From positions 252,464,001 through 252,528,000 of the forward strand of contig OZ024742.1 in assembly GCA_964016885.1 (NCBI GenBank): a stretch of 64,000 nt of DNA, given 5' to 3'. The DNA comes from Eledone cirrhosa (Eukaryota). Both the position numbers and the translations under genes were made by a program. Of this stretch, positions 23,421-36,912 are shown in pieces. The stretch's first letter is position 1. Each line of letters starts with the position of its first letter. The notes beneath the pieces were generated by a model that was not told the origin of the DNA, did no database searches, and saw nothing but the letters and a program-made list of their open reading frames with translations.

Positions 23421-24650
23421 ATTGTGCCACAAACACTAGAGAGGTTATCATGTCATTGCGAATGAAATTTCATGTGTTTGTTTATTTGTTTATTTGTGTG
23501 TATGTGTGTGTGATTTCCTACCTGTGGCAGTCTATGTCCACATCTGTATTTATTTTGTGTTTATGCTGTAACCCTTTATGTCCTATACGTTAGCAGTTCG
23601 ATAATAAAGTTCAATAAAAAAAAGTATTGGGTTGACATAATCAAATAAACCTTTGAATGTAATGCCGTAGCATGGCCACATCCCAGTGACTGAAGGAGGC
23701 CAGTAAAAAGTAAATAGTTTTACAATTCATACTAATAAATGGGAGGCAATTTGTTCCTAGCCCTTGAAGAGTGCTTATTGGTATAGGAATAAAAGACTTG
23801 ATGAGGTACTACTAAACAATTTTGTGTAACGACCCCACTAAAAAAATTCTTCTAAAGGTCTGATTTAATTGCTATTTGTGTAATAAAATTAGATATCAAA
23901 ACAAGAACAACTACAAGCATTTCAAGTCTATCTTCCTATCCAAAACCAAGATTTGGCTTGTGTGGCCTCATGATAAGCTTCTCCATTTTGCCCCTCAACA
24001 ACTTTAATTTTCTCCCTCCATTATCTTTAGCCATGGTCTTCCTTTCCCTCTACTTTCTTCCACATTAATTTTTATCACTTCTCTTACCCAGTCACTCCCA
24101 TCCTTCCTCAACACATGACCCAACCATCTCATTCCATTTCTCTTCCAAACATTCAGGAACGGTTCTATTCCCATGATCATCATCATCATCATCATTTCAT
24201 TTTACGTCCGCTTTTTCCCTGCTTGCAAGGGTGGGACGGGAACTGATTCTGGCTCGATTTCTACAGCTGGATGCCCTTCCTAACACCAACCTCATTTACA
24301 GTGAGTGGTGGCTGCTTTTTTTCCATAGCACCTGCACGACCACTTTGCAGTGTAGGCTGGGTGCTTTTTTGCCATGGCACCTCCACGACCACTTTGCAGT
24401 GGAATGATAGGGACCCCAGTCCCTATCATCTCATTTCTACAGCTGAGTAAACTGGAGCAATGTGAAATAAAGTGTCTTGCTCAAGGTAACAACACATCAC
24501 CCGGTCTGAGAATTGAACTCACAACCTTTCGATTGCAAGGCCAATGCTCTAATGATGATGATGATAATGATGATGACAATGATGACAACAATGACAATAA
24601 CGACGACGATGACGATGATGATGATGACGACGATGATGATGAGGATGATG

Positions 24651-24682
<32 letters not shown>

Positions 24683-27004
24683 GATGATGACGATGATGAT
24701 GATGAGGATTATTATTATGAGGACGATGATTATTGATAATTTTAACATGAACATCTCATGTATATGATGTTTATATACATATACATATTATTTTGTTTTA
24801 TGGGGACTTGACAAAATTCATATCTATAATACACCTACCATCAATATCTCTGATTAATGGATAATTTGGCATAAAATCAGATCTGAGTTGTTCAGGTAAA
24901 AAAAAAAGTAAACAGTTGATGATGAAGTCTAATGAAATAGATATTTCAGAAATTGAAGATATAATAATTGAAAACAAAGAACCATAAAGATTAGCAGCTG
25001 GCCAAGTCAACAAAATGCCAGTTTATTCCCTGAAGAGTTAATAGTTCATGTTTCATTGCCACCTCTGTACTTTGAACTTGGCAAAGTCATTTAATATATA
25101 ATGGTGTAAATAACTATTGTTGTTATCCCTCCATTGTCTCCGGTGATGAGTGCTCCAGCTGGTTCAATCAATGGTAGTGCCTGCTGAGCATTCCATACAC
25201 ATATGCATCCTTAACATAGTTCTCAGGGAAATTCTGTAGGACACAATATGTGACAAAATTGGCTCCTTGAATTGCAGGTACAACTAATTTTTGCCAGCTG
25301 AGTGGACTGGGACAACAAGAAATAAAGTGCTTGCTCAAGGACACATTGCACTGTCCAGACTGTGAATTGAACTCACAAGCATGAGCTGAATACCCTAACC
25401 ACTAAGCTATGCCTTTTTGCAAATCAGAAATAATCATTAAGGGAAGTCGATTAGCAGAATTAAGTGATTGTTGGAAAACATGCTTTATGGCATATATTTT
25501 CTGAGTTCAAATCCCTCCTAGGTTAGCTTTGTTGTTCACCTTATGTGGTCAATAAAATAAAGTACTGGTATTGCACTGGAGTTGATTTAATCGATTTTCC
25601 CTTTCCCCTCAGATTGCTGGCCATGTGCCAGAAACAATCATTTATCTTATTGGTTTGGTGTGGAAGAAAGGGCTGTGTAGGTGTATAGCCTTCGCAATAC
25701 CAATAAAAATGATGCCATTCACTTTCCATTTGAACAATTACATATCATTGGCAGCAAGAAAAATGCATGCGAAAAAGGAATTCCAGAAGGCCAATTTTCT
25801 GGGGAGGTAATACTGGGTGTAGTACTTAATGTAAGGTCAGGAGATTGGTGTGGCCGGACAAAATATGTATGATAGAAGGAGGAGTGACAAATGAGTTGGG
25901 AGTGCCTCACTCCACTTGATTTATTCCTTCATCATCTTGTCTGTGAGGTTCAGTGTTTTTAGATCCACTCTCACAACTTCTGCTCGGGTTTTGTTTTGGT
26001 GTTTCTCTACTGCGGCTTCCTTCCATTGGGAGTTTCTGGTACTTCTTTACCCAACAATCATCATCCATAAGCATCACATTGCCATACTAGTGCAGTCATT
26101 TCTCTTGTACACTACATTTGATTCCTCTTATACCCAGTTTCTCTTTCATCTCATCAATGTTTTGCCATTCATGTATATTCTCATCATGCATCTATTGAAG
26201 TATGCTCATATCATTTCTCTCTAGCCTTTGCCTATCTTCTGCATTTACTGTCCATGATTTACTTCCATGCAACATTGCATTTCACATGTAGGCATCATAC
26301 AGCCAGCCTTTCATGTGTAAAATAAATCTTTTGTATTCAACAGTAGTAGTTGCTACCTGAATTTTTTCCATCCTGTTTTTTTTTTAAATTTGATAGTGCA
26401 AGTTCCCTGTTATAGTTCTATGGATTCCTTTATAAAAATTAAGCATTTGTCACTCTTTAAGCTGGGAAAGATTATTTTATTTCATGTTGAACGTTATTGC
26501 ATTCGCACCATAAGTTTGGGAACTCTATAAAGGAAAGGAAAGATCCCCTAACTCCTGATATAGTCATAGGAGCACTGTCATGACATATAGCATGTGTTGG
26601 GCATTTAAAACATGATGGAGCTCATTGCTCTTTGGGTTAGAACACAGTCGATTTCTTTCAGAGAAGAAGATAGAGGACAAGAGTAAATGATAAATATAGA
26701 TAAAGGAAGAACCAACCTCAGTACTGAACTAGTACTTTATTTATCAACCTTGAAAGGATTAAAGGCAAAGTTGACCTTGCTGGGATTTGAAATCAGAATG
26801 CAGTGAACTGAAACAAGTAGTGAAGCATTTAATTTGACACCTTAACAACTTGCCAATTTGCTCCTCTCTCCAAAGAAAATAGCATCAATACATTCCAAAA
26901 TACTATCTTTTATATAATTATTATTTTCTCTGTTGTAAGATGGCCATTATAAGAGTTTGAGAAATTTGAATGAAGAAAATATCAGAAAAAATTGCTTAAA
27001 GACT

Positions 27005-27450
27005 TTGATTGCATAATTGTGTGGCTGTGTTTCACCAGTCACAATGTTAAATCATTCATTTTCTACAATGAAAGAGTGTTATTGTCTGATAATTCAAGGA
27101 AGAAATTTTACAAAAGCATCTTCTTTCCATTTATATAACAGCTCAAACATCATAAACTAACAATATACCAATATCCTGGAATTTCTGTCAAATTATTCAA
27201 AACGTTTCTTCAATATGAAATTGATACTTTCTAGTTTGCCCAAGTATATTGAAACATATTGAATATGTTTGGCAGATCATTAAGTCAAAACTGGATTCAA
27301 GAATTTTTAATTGCAAGAAATCTTTGTGGTAGTTCATAAAGAGTGTTGAAAATTAGAACCTGCTTTGTGTTGAAGCTTGCCAACAGTATAATTAAAAGGA
27401 TTAAAAACTAGAAGATGATTATACCAGAAATATTGATTATAACATTTTGG
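27005..27450 (+). pseudogene. Tc1-like transposase fossil, C-terminal part
   Basis: IIVWLCF (cf. VMVWGCF) and HIEYVWQIIKSKL...KKSLW...KLANSIIKRI (cf. NPIENLW...LVESMPKRI), with many disablements. Confidence 0.55.
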
Positions 27451-28392
27451 TTATGAACAAGCATAAATTCTGCTTCTTAAAATGTTAATATAAGAAATGC
27501 TTTGATTTCAGTGAAAATTCAAAAATAATGAAAATGAAATTTTATAAGTGCTCCTAATTTTCTAATCAAGGACAAAGTAAAAGATATATAATTTAAAGGT
27601 CTGTCAGTGGATTTGTTGCTTTTTGTTTGATCTCAAACTAGTGTTTATAGCAATATAATGTTTTACGTATGTGTGTATGTGTGTGTGTGTGTGTGTGTGT
27701 GCACATGCATATGTGTGCTCGTGCATATGTGTGTATGTGTGTGTGTGTGTGCATGCATGTGTGTGTGTGTAAGTAAAAGTCATAATTTTAAAATGTCAAC
27801 CTCCAGCTAAGTGTGATCACAAAATAAAAAGACATTTACATTCTACTCATCCAGTAATGTAGTATGGCTGAATGGTTAAGAAGATTGTTTCACAATTATT
27901 AAGTCCTGAGTTCAATCCTATTGCATGGCATCTTGGGCAAGTATCATTTACCATAATGTTGAGTCAACCCAAAACATATGAGTGAAACTGAGTAAACAGA
28001 AACTGTATGGAAGCCTGTCAGATGGACTGTACCTTTAATTTAAGGGGGTATCCTTTTCACAAAGCTGACTGGACTGGAGCAATGTGAAATAAAGTATCTT
28101 GCTCAAGAACACACTGCCAGGAATTGAACTTATGATGACATGATGGTGAATTAAATACCCTAGACATTAAGCTATGCATATACACACATGGACAAACCTC
28201 TACATATGTGCATATGTGTGTGTATGCGTTAATAGTTTTTGATGCATGTATTCAAACTTCATAACATAGTGAGTGTTCCTTTCTTTCATTAGCACACCTA
28301 TGTATATGTAAATATATAATACAGAGTCTTTATTTAGTCATGAAACTGATTCTGTGTGCATGTTCCAAGGCAGTCAAACAATATATAGTATA

Positions 28393-28855
28393 CTAGCAGT
28401 GGTACCCGACGTTGCACGGGATAAGGTATTTTGGAACGCGGGCCGCCAACAGACCTAATCGTGGAAAAGCTGCATGCCTGGACAATATGTAAAGAAAATA
28501 AACCGAATACTCTGATGGCTGGATAATCTTTAAGATTTTCCTCGATGAAGCAGGAAAAATGCAGATTTTCACCTAATGCGGGCGATCAAGAAAAGGAGAT
28601 CAAGAAAATGAATTTTTTTTGTGTGCATAATATGCTTTGAAATTTCAGGAAAATCGGCTAGACGTAACGTCTCCAAAAAGCCCTAAAAAGCTGAAAAAAT
28701 GAAGTTTTTCACATAGGCCATAAAAAAGTTGGATTTTCTTTGTTCACGGTATGAAGAAGAGACTGACTAATACATAGTTACAATTTCAAGGAAATCGGTC
28801 TGACATAACGCCTCAAAAACATATAGACAGACATCCTCAGTTTTATATATATAGA
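28393..28855 (-). mobile_element. Non-autonomous Helitron
   Basis: On the minus strand it starts A|TCtatatatataaaa and ends cccgtgcaacgtcggg (hairpin)-taccactg-CTAG|T. Internal ~40-bp direct repeat (aatttca.g.aaatcgg). Confidence 0.85.
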
Positions 28856-29506
28856 TATATATATATATATATATGCGTGTGTGTGTGTGTATATGTGTTA
28901 TATATATATATGCATATATATAACACAAGTAGAAAGTAACTATAAGGTTATATCAAATACATACAAACACACATAACTGTAGATAAACACGCACACACAC
29001 ACACACACATGCACACACACACATGTATATATTTTTTCTTTCTTATATATTTAAAAAGATATATATATAAGAAAAAATATAGAGTTACTTGAAGAGAAAT
29101 TGTAATTGAGAAGATTTAAGCTTAAGGTATTTATATAGAAAAAATATATAGAGGAGACTTTTAAAAGGTAGAAGAAAGGTTGTAATTTTAACTCAGAGCA
29201 TACAAAATAAATTAGGGAGCCAAAAATAAGTTCTCATATTTTAATCCTTATAATTGTTTCAATACAAAGCTTTTCTTCAATCACAGAACTAGGCAAATGT
29301 AATTGTAATAGTAATATCATTGATAATCTCTATAATAATATATTCTTATATTTGGGGAGGGTCATATTGTTATAATATTGCCAGAAATAATAATAAAACA
29401 CACTCACTATTTGGTTTGGGCTGGTTTTTGCTTCCATATATTTTATATCCCTATAGTTAATTTAGCTGGCAATCAATGTTTATCATTGATTGACCAACAG
29501 TTAAAA

Positions 29507-29546
<40 letters not shown>

Positions 29547-29550
<4 letters not shown>

Positions 29551-30234
29551 CATAAACGAACTAAGGAAAAAATTAGAGATAAGAGGGATCAGATGTTGTT
29601 TACTCGAGAGAAGGCTACGTTGGTATGGACACGTGATGCGCATGAAAGTCGATAGCTGTATAACAAAGTGCAGGGCAATAAAGATAGACGGTAGTCACGG
29701 AATAAGCAGACCTAGAAAAACCTGGGACGAGCTGATAAACTCCGACATCACACACTTACACCTCTCCAAGACAATGTCACTGGACCGAGACCTTTGGCGG
29801 TACTCAGTAACAGAGAAGACCCACCTTACCTAAATATATAGTAAAACCTACTCCAGCCAGTAGGCATCTCTAACAAAATACACCCCGTCCCACCACCACC
29901 ACCCCACCCGATCCACACCACCCCGTTCTATGTAAAGTTATGTTGGTGCCGCGCCATCGAGGCCGAAACAAATGAGATCGTGTAGGTGTCACGACAAAAA
30001 AACACACAGTCCACGCTGTAATGTGGCCGTGTAGGCAACACGGTAAAAACCTCCCAGACCCACACTGTAAATGTGGTTGGTGTTAGGAAGGGCATCCAAC
30101 TGTAGAAAACCTGCCAGACAGTCCTATGCGAGCAAGACAATCACTCTTGCCTCAAGTGGGACTACCCCCGTCCAAACCCATGCAAGCGTGGAACACGGAC
30201 GTTAAACGTTGATGATGATGATGATGATGATGAT
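29547..30234 (+). mobile_element. RTE LINE, 5'-truncated copy 1
   Basis: RLRWYGHVMRM...RPRKTW C-terminus, 3' UTR and (GAT)n tail; inside (TA)n. Confidence 0.92.
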
Positions 30235-30254
30235 ATATATATATATATATATAT

Positions 30255-30390
30255 ATAATAAGGAGTTGACGGATCCAGCATATTTATCACTGCCAGGACC
30301 AGTTGTATCTCAACATACTCAATAGGCAATGTAAGATACATTCCCAGAGTATACACATAGTTATTCACTTCAATACAACTCCTTATTATA
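30255..30390. mobile_element. ~135-bp MITE-like element with 15-bp terminal inverted repeats
   Basis: tataataaggagttg ... caactccttattata, embedded in (TA)n. Confidence 0.65.
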
Positions 30391-31039
30391 TATATATATA
30401 TAGTCTATCAAACACACAAGTCTTTCATCACACATCTGTGACATCATCAGTGGTACTATTATGTTTCCTCCCATTGTATTTTAATGTTTACTATTCTATT
30501 TTTTATTATACTAGTTAGTGTTTAAACAGTTTGTATTTCCTCAAAAAATTAAACATCTGCATTAAAGAAAAGCATATACAGTGAGAAGAGATATGTTGAC
30601 ATTTTAGCAACTATGTCTCTATTCTGAAAAGTCCCATCCTACCTATGCAAGCATGGAAAACATGGATGTAAAGCCATGATGATGATGATATTATATATAT
30701 ATATAATAACTCGCTGTATTGGTCCAGGCCATGAATATTTTTTCTGGAATCTGTATGAATTAATGCTTGGCTTCCACACACTGGGTGCAGCACTTGCACT
30801 CTAGGGTGTGGGATGCAGGGAAGAAACCAACGATTATTGATTGGTGCAGGCTGATTTATATAGCGCTTGCATATAACACCAATTTTACCATTGGCTAACT
30901 AAATGTGTGCGCTCTGAATCACCGACCTTCACTTCGGAAATACAGATCCTGTGGAATCATTGAACAAGAGGGAAACTCAATTTGTCTAGTTTGATATACT
31001 TATATATATGTGTATATATATATATATCTATATATATAT

Positions 31040-31649
31040 ATCATCATCATCATCATCATCAACGTTTAACGTCCATGTTCCACGCTTGCATGGGTTTGGA
31101 CGGGGGTAGTCCCACTTGAGGCAAGAGTGATTGTCTTGCTCGCATAGGACTGGCTGGCAGGTTTTCTACAGTTGGATGCCCTTCCTAACACCAACCACAT
31201 TTACAGTGTGGGTCTGGGAGGTTTTTACCGTGTTGCCTACACGGCCACATTACAGCGTGGACTGTGTGTTTTTTTGTCGTGACACCTACACGATCTCATT
31301 TGTTTCGGCCTGGATGGCGCGGCACCAACATAACTTTACATAGAACGGGGTGGTGTGGATGGGGTGGGGGTGGGGGTGTGTGTGTGGGGTGGGGGGTGTA
31401 TTTTGTTAGAGATGCCTACTGGCTGGAGTAGGTTTTACTATATATTTAGGTAAGGTGGGTCTTCTCTGTTACTGAGTACCGCCAAAGGTCTCGGTCCAGT
31501 GACATTGTCTTGGAGAGGTGTAAGTGTGTGAGGTCGGAGTTTATCAGCTCGTCCCAGGTTTTTCTAGGTCTGCCTATTCCGTGGCTACCGTCTATCTTAT
31601 TGCCCTGCACTTTGTTATACAGCTATCGACTTTCATGCGCATCACGTGT

Positions 31650-31654
<5 letters not shown>
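31040..31654 (-). mobile_element. RTE LINE, 5'-truncated copy 2 (inverted relative to copies 1 and 3)
   Basis: Near-exact reverse complement of 29623-30234; inside (TA)n. Confidence 0.92.
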
Positions 31655-31679
<25 letters not shown>

Positions 31680-31683
<4 letters not shown>

Positions 31684-33029
31684 ATCTAGATGAAATGCAG
31701 TTCGGGTTCGTGTCAGGAAAAAGTACCACAGACGCTCTTTTCATTGTACGACAACTACAGGAGAAGTACCTAGCTAAAAGTAAACCCCTATACTTAGCTT
31801 TCGTCAACTTGGAGAAGGCCTTCGACAGAGTCCCCCGTTCCATTATCTGGTGGGCTCTTAGAAAACTAGGTGTTGATGAATGGCTTGTGAGAGCTATACA
31901 AGCCATGTATAAAGAAACAGTCAGCAAGGTTAGAATTAACAACGAATATAGTGAAGAGTTTAGTGTAAAAGTTGGTGTTCATCAGGGCTCTGTTCTTAGC
32001 CCCCTACTATTTATTATTGCCCTCCAGGCTATAACAGTGGAGTTCAAGACCGGCTGCCCATGGGAACTCCTATACGCAGATGATCTAACGCTCATAGCTG
32101 AATCAATGGCCGAGCTAGAGAAGAAATTCCAAACATGGAAGCACAGCCTAGAATCAAAAGGCCTTAAAATTAACCTGGCTAAGACTAAAGTTCTAGTTTG
32201 TAAGAAAGAAAATAAGGCGGCGGTCCCCTCCGGGAAGTGGCCATGCGCAGAGTGTAGGAAAGGCGTAGGTAGAAATTCCATTTTGTGTCCCAAATGCAAA
32301 GTTTGGGTGCATAAAAGATGTAGTGGGATCACAGGTAAGCTAACTAAGAACATAGATTTTACATGTGGCCGGTGTTCTGGGGAAATAAGTAGCAGCAAGT
32401 GCCCACAAAATACTAGCTCTTTCAACTGCGCAGAGGGTTCTATAGAAATAGTGGACAGCTTCCGTTACCTGGGTGACAAAATCAGCAGTGGGGGAGGGTG
32501 CTCTGAAAGTACAGTAGCTAGAGTCAGAACTGGGTGGAAAAAGTTCAGAGAGCTTATACCACTATTAGCCGCTAAAGGGTTCTCCCTAAAAATGAAAGGC
32601 AGGCTGTACGATGCCTGCATACGAACAGCAATGTTGCATGGCAGTGAGACCTGGGCATTATGTGCAGAGGATATACGCAGACTAGAGAGAAACGAAGCTT
32701 GCATGCTCCGCTGGATGTGTAATAGTAATATATGTGAACGACAAAGCATAAACGAACTAAGGAAAAAATTAGAAATAAGAGGGATCAGATGTTGTTTACT
32801 AGAGAGAAGGCTACGTTGGTATGGTCACGTGATGCGCATGAAGGACGATAGCTGTATAACAAAGTGCAGGGCAATAAAGATAGACGGTAGCCACGGAATA
32901 GGCAGACCCAGAAAAACCTGGGACGAGCTGATAAACTCCGACTTCACACACTTACACCTCACCAAGACAATGTCACTGGACCGAGACCTTTGGCGGTACT
33001 CAGTAATAGAGAAGACCCGCCTTACCTAA
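31680..33029 (+). CDS. RTE reverse transcriptase ORF (5' truncated, no endonuclease) with an internal PHD-type finger
   Basis: QFGF, STTDA, NLEKAFDRV (DLEKAFD expected), GVHQGSVLSP, LLYADD, FRYLG, LHGSETW, WYGHVMR; no stop codon over ~450 codons. Confidence 0.9.
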
Positions 33030-33422
33030 ATACAAAGTAAAACCTACTACAGTCAGTAGGCATCTCTAACAAAATACACCCCCGTCCCACCACCCCACCC
33101 CATCCACACCGCCCCCTTCTATGTAAAGTTATGTTGGTGCCACACCATCCAGGCCGAAACAAATGAGATCGTGTAGGTGTCACGACAAAAAACACACAGT
33201 CCACGCTATAAATGTGGCCGTGTAGGCAACACGGTAAAAACCTCCCAAACCCACACTGTAAATGTGGTTGGTGTTAGGAAGGGCATCCAACTGTAGAAAA
33301 CCTGCCAGACAGTCCTATGCGAGTAAGACAATCACTCTTGCCTCAAGTGGGAATATCCCCGTCCAAACCCATGCAAGCGTGGAACACGGACATTAAACGT
33401 TGATGATGATGATGATGATGAT
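31680..33422 (+). mobile_element. RTE LINE, 5'-truncated copy 3 with 3' UTR and (GAT)n tail
   Basis: Open RT frame followed by the same 3' UTR as copies 1 and 2. Confidence 0.95.
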
Positions 33423-33427
33423 ATATA

Positions 33428-34407
33428 TAAATGTAAGTATGTATGTATACGTACATACATATATGTATGCAGACGTACAGTAGTATGTATATATATACAT
33501 ACATGCACACATATATATATGTACGTATGGGTTTACCGAACATTTATTATAATGTTTGGTTTGTTTGTTTGTAAACAAACAAACAGCCCAAATTATGCCG
33601 TACAGTGTTCAGGCAACCATCAATGCCCTTTTGTTCAACACTGACACAGGAACGATGTACTAGTTTCAAGCTTATTAGCTATTGTCAGCATTGTATACCT
33701 TCCTGCCAGATGATTGAACGTCTGAAAGAATATACTTTCCTTATGCATCTTAACGGCTGAGCAGCCTAATTTGCATATCGAGTGAGTTAGTCGGCCGGGC
33801 GCACCGAAAACGATAAATGGAAAAGAATGAAACAAAATTTCATTTCTCATTCTTAGTACGGTTGATACTTAAATGTAAGTATGTATATATACGTACATAC
33901 ATATATGTATACAGACGTACAGTAGTATGTATATATATATACATGCACACATATATATATGTACGTATGGGTTTACCGAACATTTATTATAATGTTCGGT
34001 TTGTTTGTTTGTAAACAAACAGCCCGAATTATGCCGTACAGTGTTCAGGCAACCATCGTCGCCCTTTTTTTGTACATACTACTGTACGTCTGCATACATA
34101 TGTGTATGTACGTATACATACATACTTACATCGTTTTTGTGTCAGTGTTGAACAAAAAGGCGACAATGGTTGCCTGAACACTGTACGGCATAATTCGGGC
34201 TGTTTGTTTGTTTACAAACAAACAAACCGAACATTATAATAAATGTTCGGTAAACCCATACGTACATATATATATGTGTGCATGTATGTATATATATATA
34301 CATACTACTGTACGTCTGCATACATATATGTATGTACGTATACATACTTACATTTAAGTATCAGCCGTACTAAGAGTGAGAAATGAAATTTCGTTTCATT
34401 CTTTTCC

Positions 34408-34413
<6 letters not shown>
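33428..34413. repeat. Complex direct + inverted repeat of a ~230-bp hairpin-rich unit
   Basis: Unit at 33428-33660 and 33870-34068 (+), and inverted at 34074-34413; arms 33813-34068 and 34154-34413. Confidence 0.9.
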
Positions 34414-34450
<37 letters not shown>

Positions 34451-34478
34451 TATACATGTATACATATATATATATATC

Positions 34479-34520
<42 letters not shown>

Positions 34521-34646
34521 GGCAGTGGATTGGCAGTATCAGTATTATTTATGAAACTTAGATAAGTAGCTATATGCCCCTTTTTGCCTCAGTATCTCAT
34601 AGTAAGCATTCTACTGATGAAGAATTAGTGAAATCTGGAATACATA

Positions 34647-36133
34647 CAGGGTGACAAAAAGAAAAAAAATGTCCTCATTTTTATTTTTGTTCACATTATT
34701 CATTCTTTTTACAGAAACTGATGAAACTTCGGATCTATTTAGTTCAAACCATAAAGAATAACATATCAACAATTCATTATCTTGGTGAATTGGCAGTATT
34801 GGTAGAGGGTCAGACATGCTTTCCAGCGTAGTTACGTCCCTTTACGATCTGAGTTCAAATCCCGCCGAGGTTAACTTTGCCTTTCATCCTTACGGGGTCG
34901 ATAACATAAAGTACAAGTAATACACTGGGTAATTGCTGGCCTTGTGCCAAAAGTAGAAAGAATTATCTTCTAATGTTTCTGTTCAGAGTTACTGCACATT
35001 TTCAAAGTGATCCCCATTTGAATCCATGGATTTTTTGAATGCATGGTCAAATTTAGCATAATGTCTTTACAGTTCAGTAATGGTGCTTGGTTTGTTGACA
35101 TACCTAATCCTTCAAATAGCTTCATAGAAAGAACTCTGAGGGCTTAAATCAGGGCTGTGTGAGACCTACACATAATCAATGTTCAAACTGATCTCTCGAT
35201 TCTAAAGTTATTTTTCAGCCATTCTCATGACTCATTAAGGTGTGAGGGCTTGCTCTATCTTGTGGAACCAGAACTTATTTATTAGGGATGGGTACAGGGT
35301 CTGTAGCTCCTTTTTGAAGTCTTTCAGGACCTCCACATACTGTTCTTTTGTGACTATAGTGGTGACACAATTTTCTTTGAAAGAGCCAATCAACCCACTC
35401 TCAGAAATGGCAGCCCAAAAGGTATATTTAGCCAAGTTGAGAAGTTTCAGAGCCACTTCAGTGGATTTCTCTGACCTCCAGAACATATTGTCCTTAGAGA
35501 TGATCCTCCCCTCTAAGTGAAAGTAGGCTTCATCAGAGATCCAAAGCAGATTCAGAAATTTGGGTTGTTTTCCATCTTCTCCAGCATTTTCTCAGCTATA
35601 GCCTTACTCTTGGCCTTATCAGTTAAAGTAAGCCTTAGTCTGTATTCTGTAAGGGTACTTCGTAAGTTCTTCTTTGACAACCCTTCTACAAGTTTCTGTG
35701 GAGAGACCCAAGAATTAACTTCTGCACAGCAATTATTTGAGGCTCTGTTCAACAGATTCTCAGATCATGTCAATAACTTCCTGTGCACGCTTCCTGGGTA
35801 ATCGAGAGGGGATAGGATGTTCCTTAGATATTTTATTGAGGGTCTCCACTACTTCATAGGTCTCAAACTTCTTCACCCAGTTTTGCATATTTGCTTTGAA
35901 GGGAAATTTGTCCATTCCAAAAATGCAGGAAATTGTTCCTGGATCTGCTTGTCCAAGTTACACTTATAGCAATGTTTCACACAGAAAAGCCAGTGCTGGA
36001 TCTCCCTTTCATATCTTGTTAACTTCTCAGACGTTGAATCTGCAATGTCCTGAAATTTAAGGTTGATCAGTTAGAAAATGACTATACAGTGACACAAAAG
36101 GTGCGAGGGGCCAGTTGTTTTTGAGTCATCCTG
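34647..36133 (-). mobile_element. Full-length decayed mariner-type (DDxD) transposon with a nested SINE
   Basis: TA-cagggtgac ... gtcatcctg-TA ends. Minus-strand motifs WISDEAYFHL, FWAAISESGLIG, KFWF..DRASPH and HSPDLSP. About 1.3 kb once the SINE is removed. Confidence 0.85.
34784..34961 (+). mobile_element. Family A SINE inserted in the mariner
   Basis: TSD attatctt at 34776-34783 and 34962-34969. Confidence 0.85.
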
Positions 36134-36445
36134 TATTGAGATGATCTTAAATCAATGCTGAGATAGCTGTGATATGATCACAGCTTACATTACTCACCAG
36201 AAGACTATATGTATGTTTATTATACATAGACTTACTGTATATAAGTCCTACTTACACATGCATCAATTTATGTATTTTATATGAAGAACGTTTGCATTAA
36301 ATATTCTCCTTTTACATAAAAATGTATTTGTGTGTATATTTAATCTTTTCTACAAAGTCTTCACATTGATCAACTCAGAATATATGTTATATATGGCAGT
36401 AGCTATGTTCATAGTTATACACACACGCACACATATACGTATATA

Positions 36446-36487
<42 letters not shown>

Positions 36488-36877
36488 TATATATATGTAT
36501 GTATATATACACACACACACAGACACACATACATATATATCATCATCACAGACATTAAACAATGACGATGGTGATGATGATGATGATGATGATGATGATA
36601 TATATATATATATATATATACACCTGTTCACTTCTGCATACATATGAATTATAGATAGACAGATAGATATGTAGGTAGGTAGAAAAATAAATAGATGAAC
36701 ATATATATACACACACAGATATGTGTTTGAATACATGACTAACCATAACTGCAACTGATTTCCTATATATACACTTCTATATACATATACACATATATAT
36801 ATACACAGACACATGTTTGGATGAGATTTTTCAATTCAGTCTATATATATATATATAAATATATATATATACATACT

Positions 36878-36912
<35 letters not shown>

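Noticed and set aside
31524-31679. N-terminal part of the 501-aa ORF
   Set aside because: It reads through the antisense strand of RTE copy 2 and a (TA)n tract, so it is a chance fusion rather than the real start.
34605-34645. CTGATGA...GAAA hammerhead-like spacing (similar weak hits near 29257-29285 and 58555-58610)
   Set aside because: No convincing stem II or stem I pairing.
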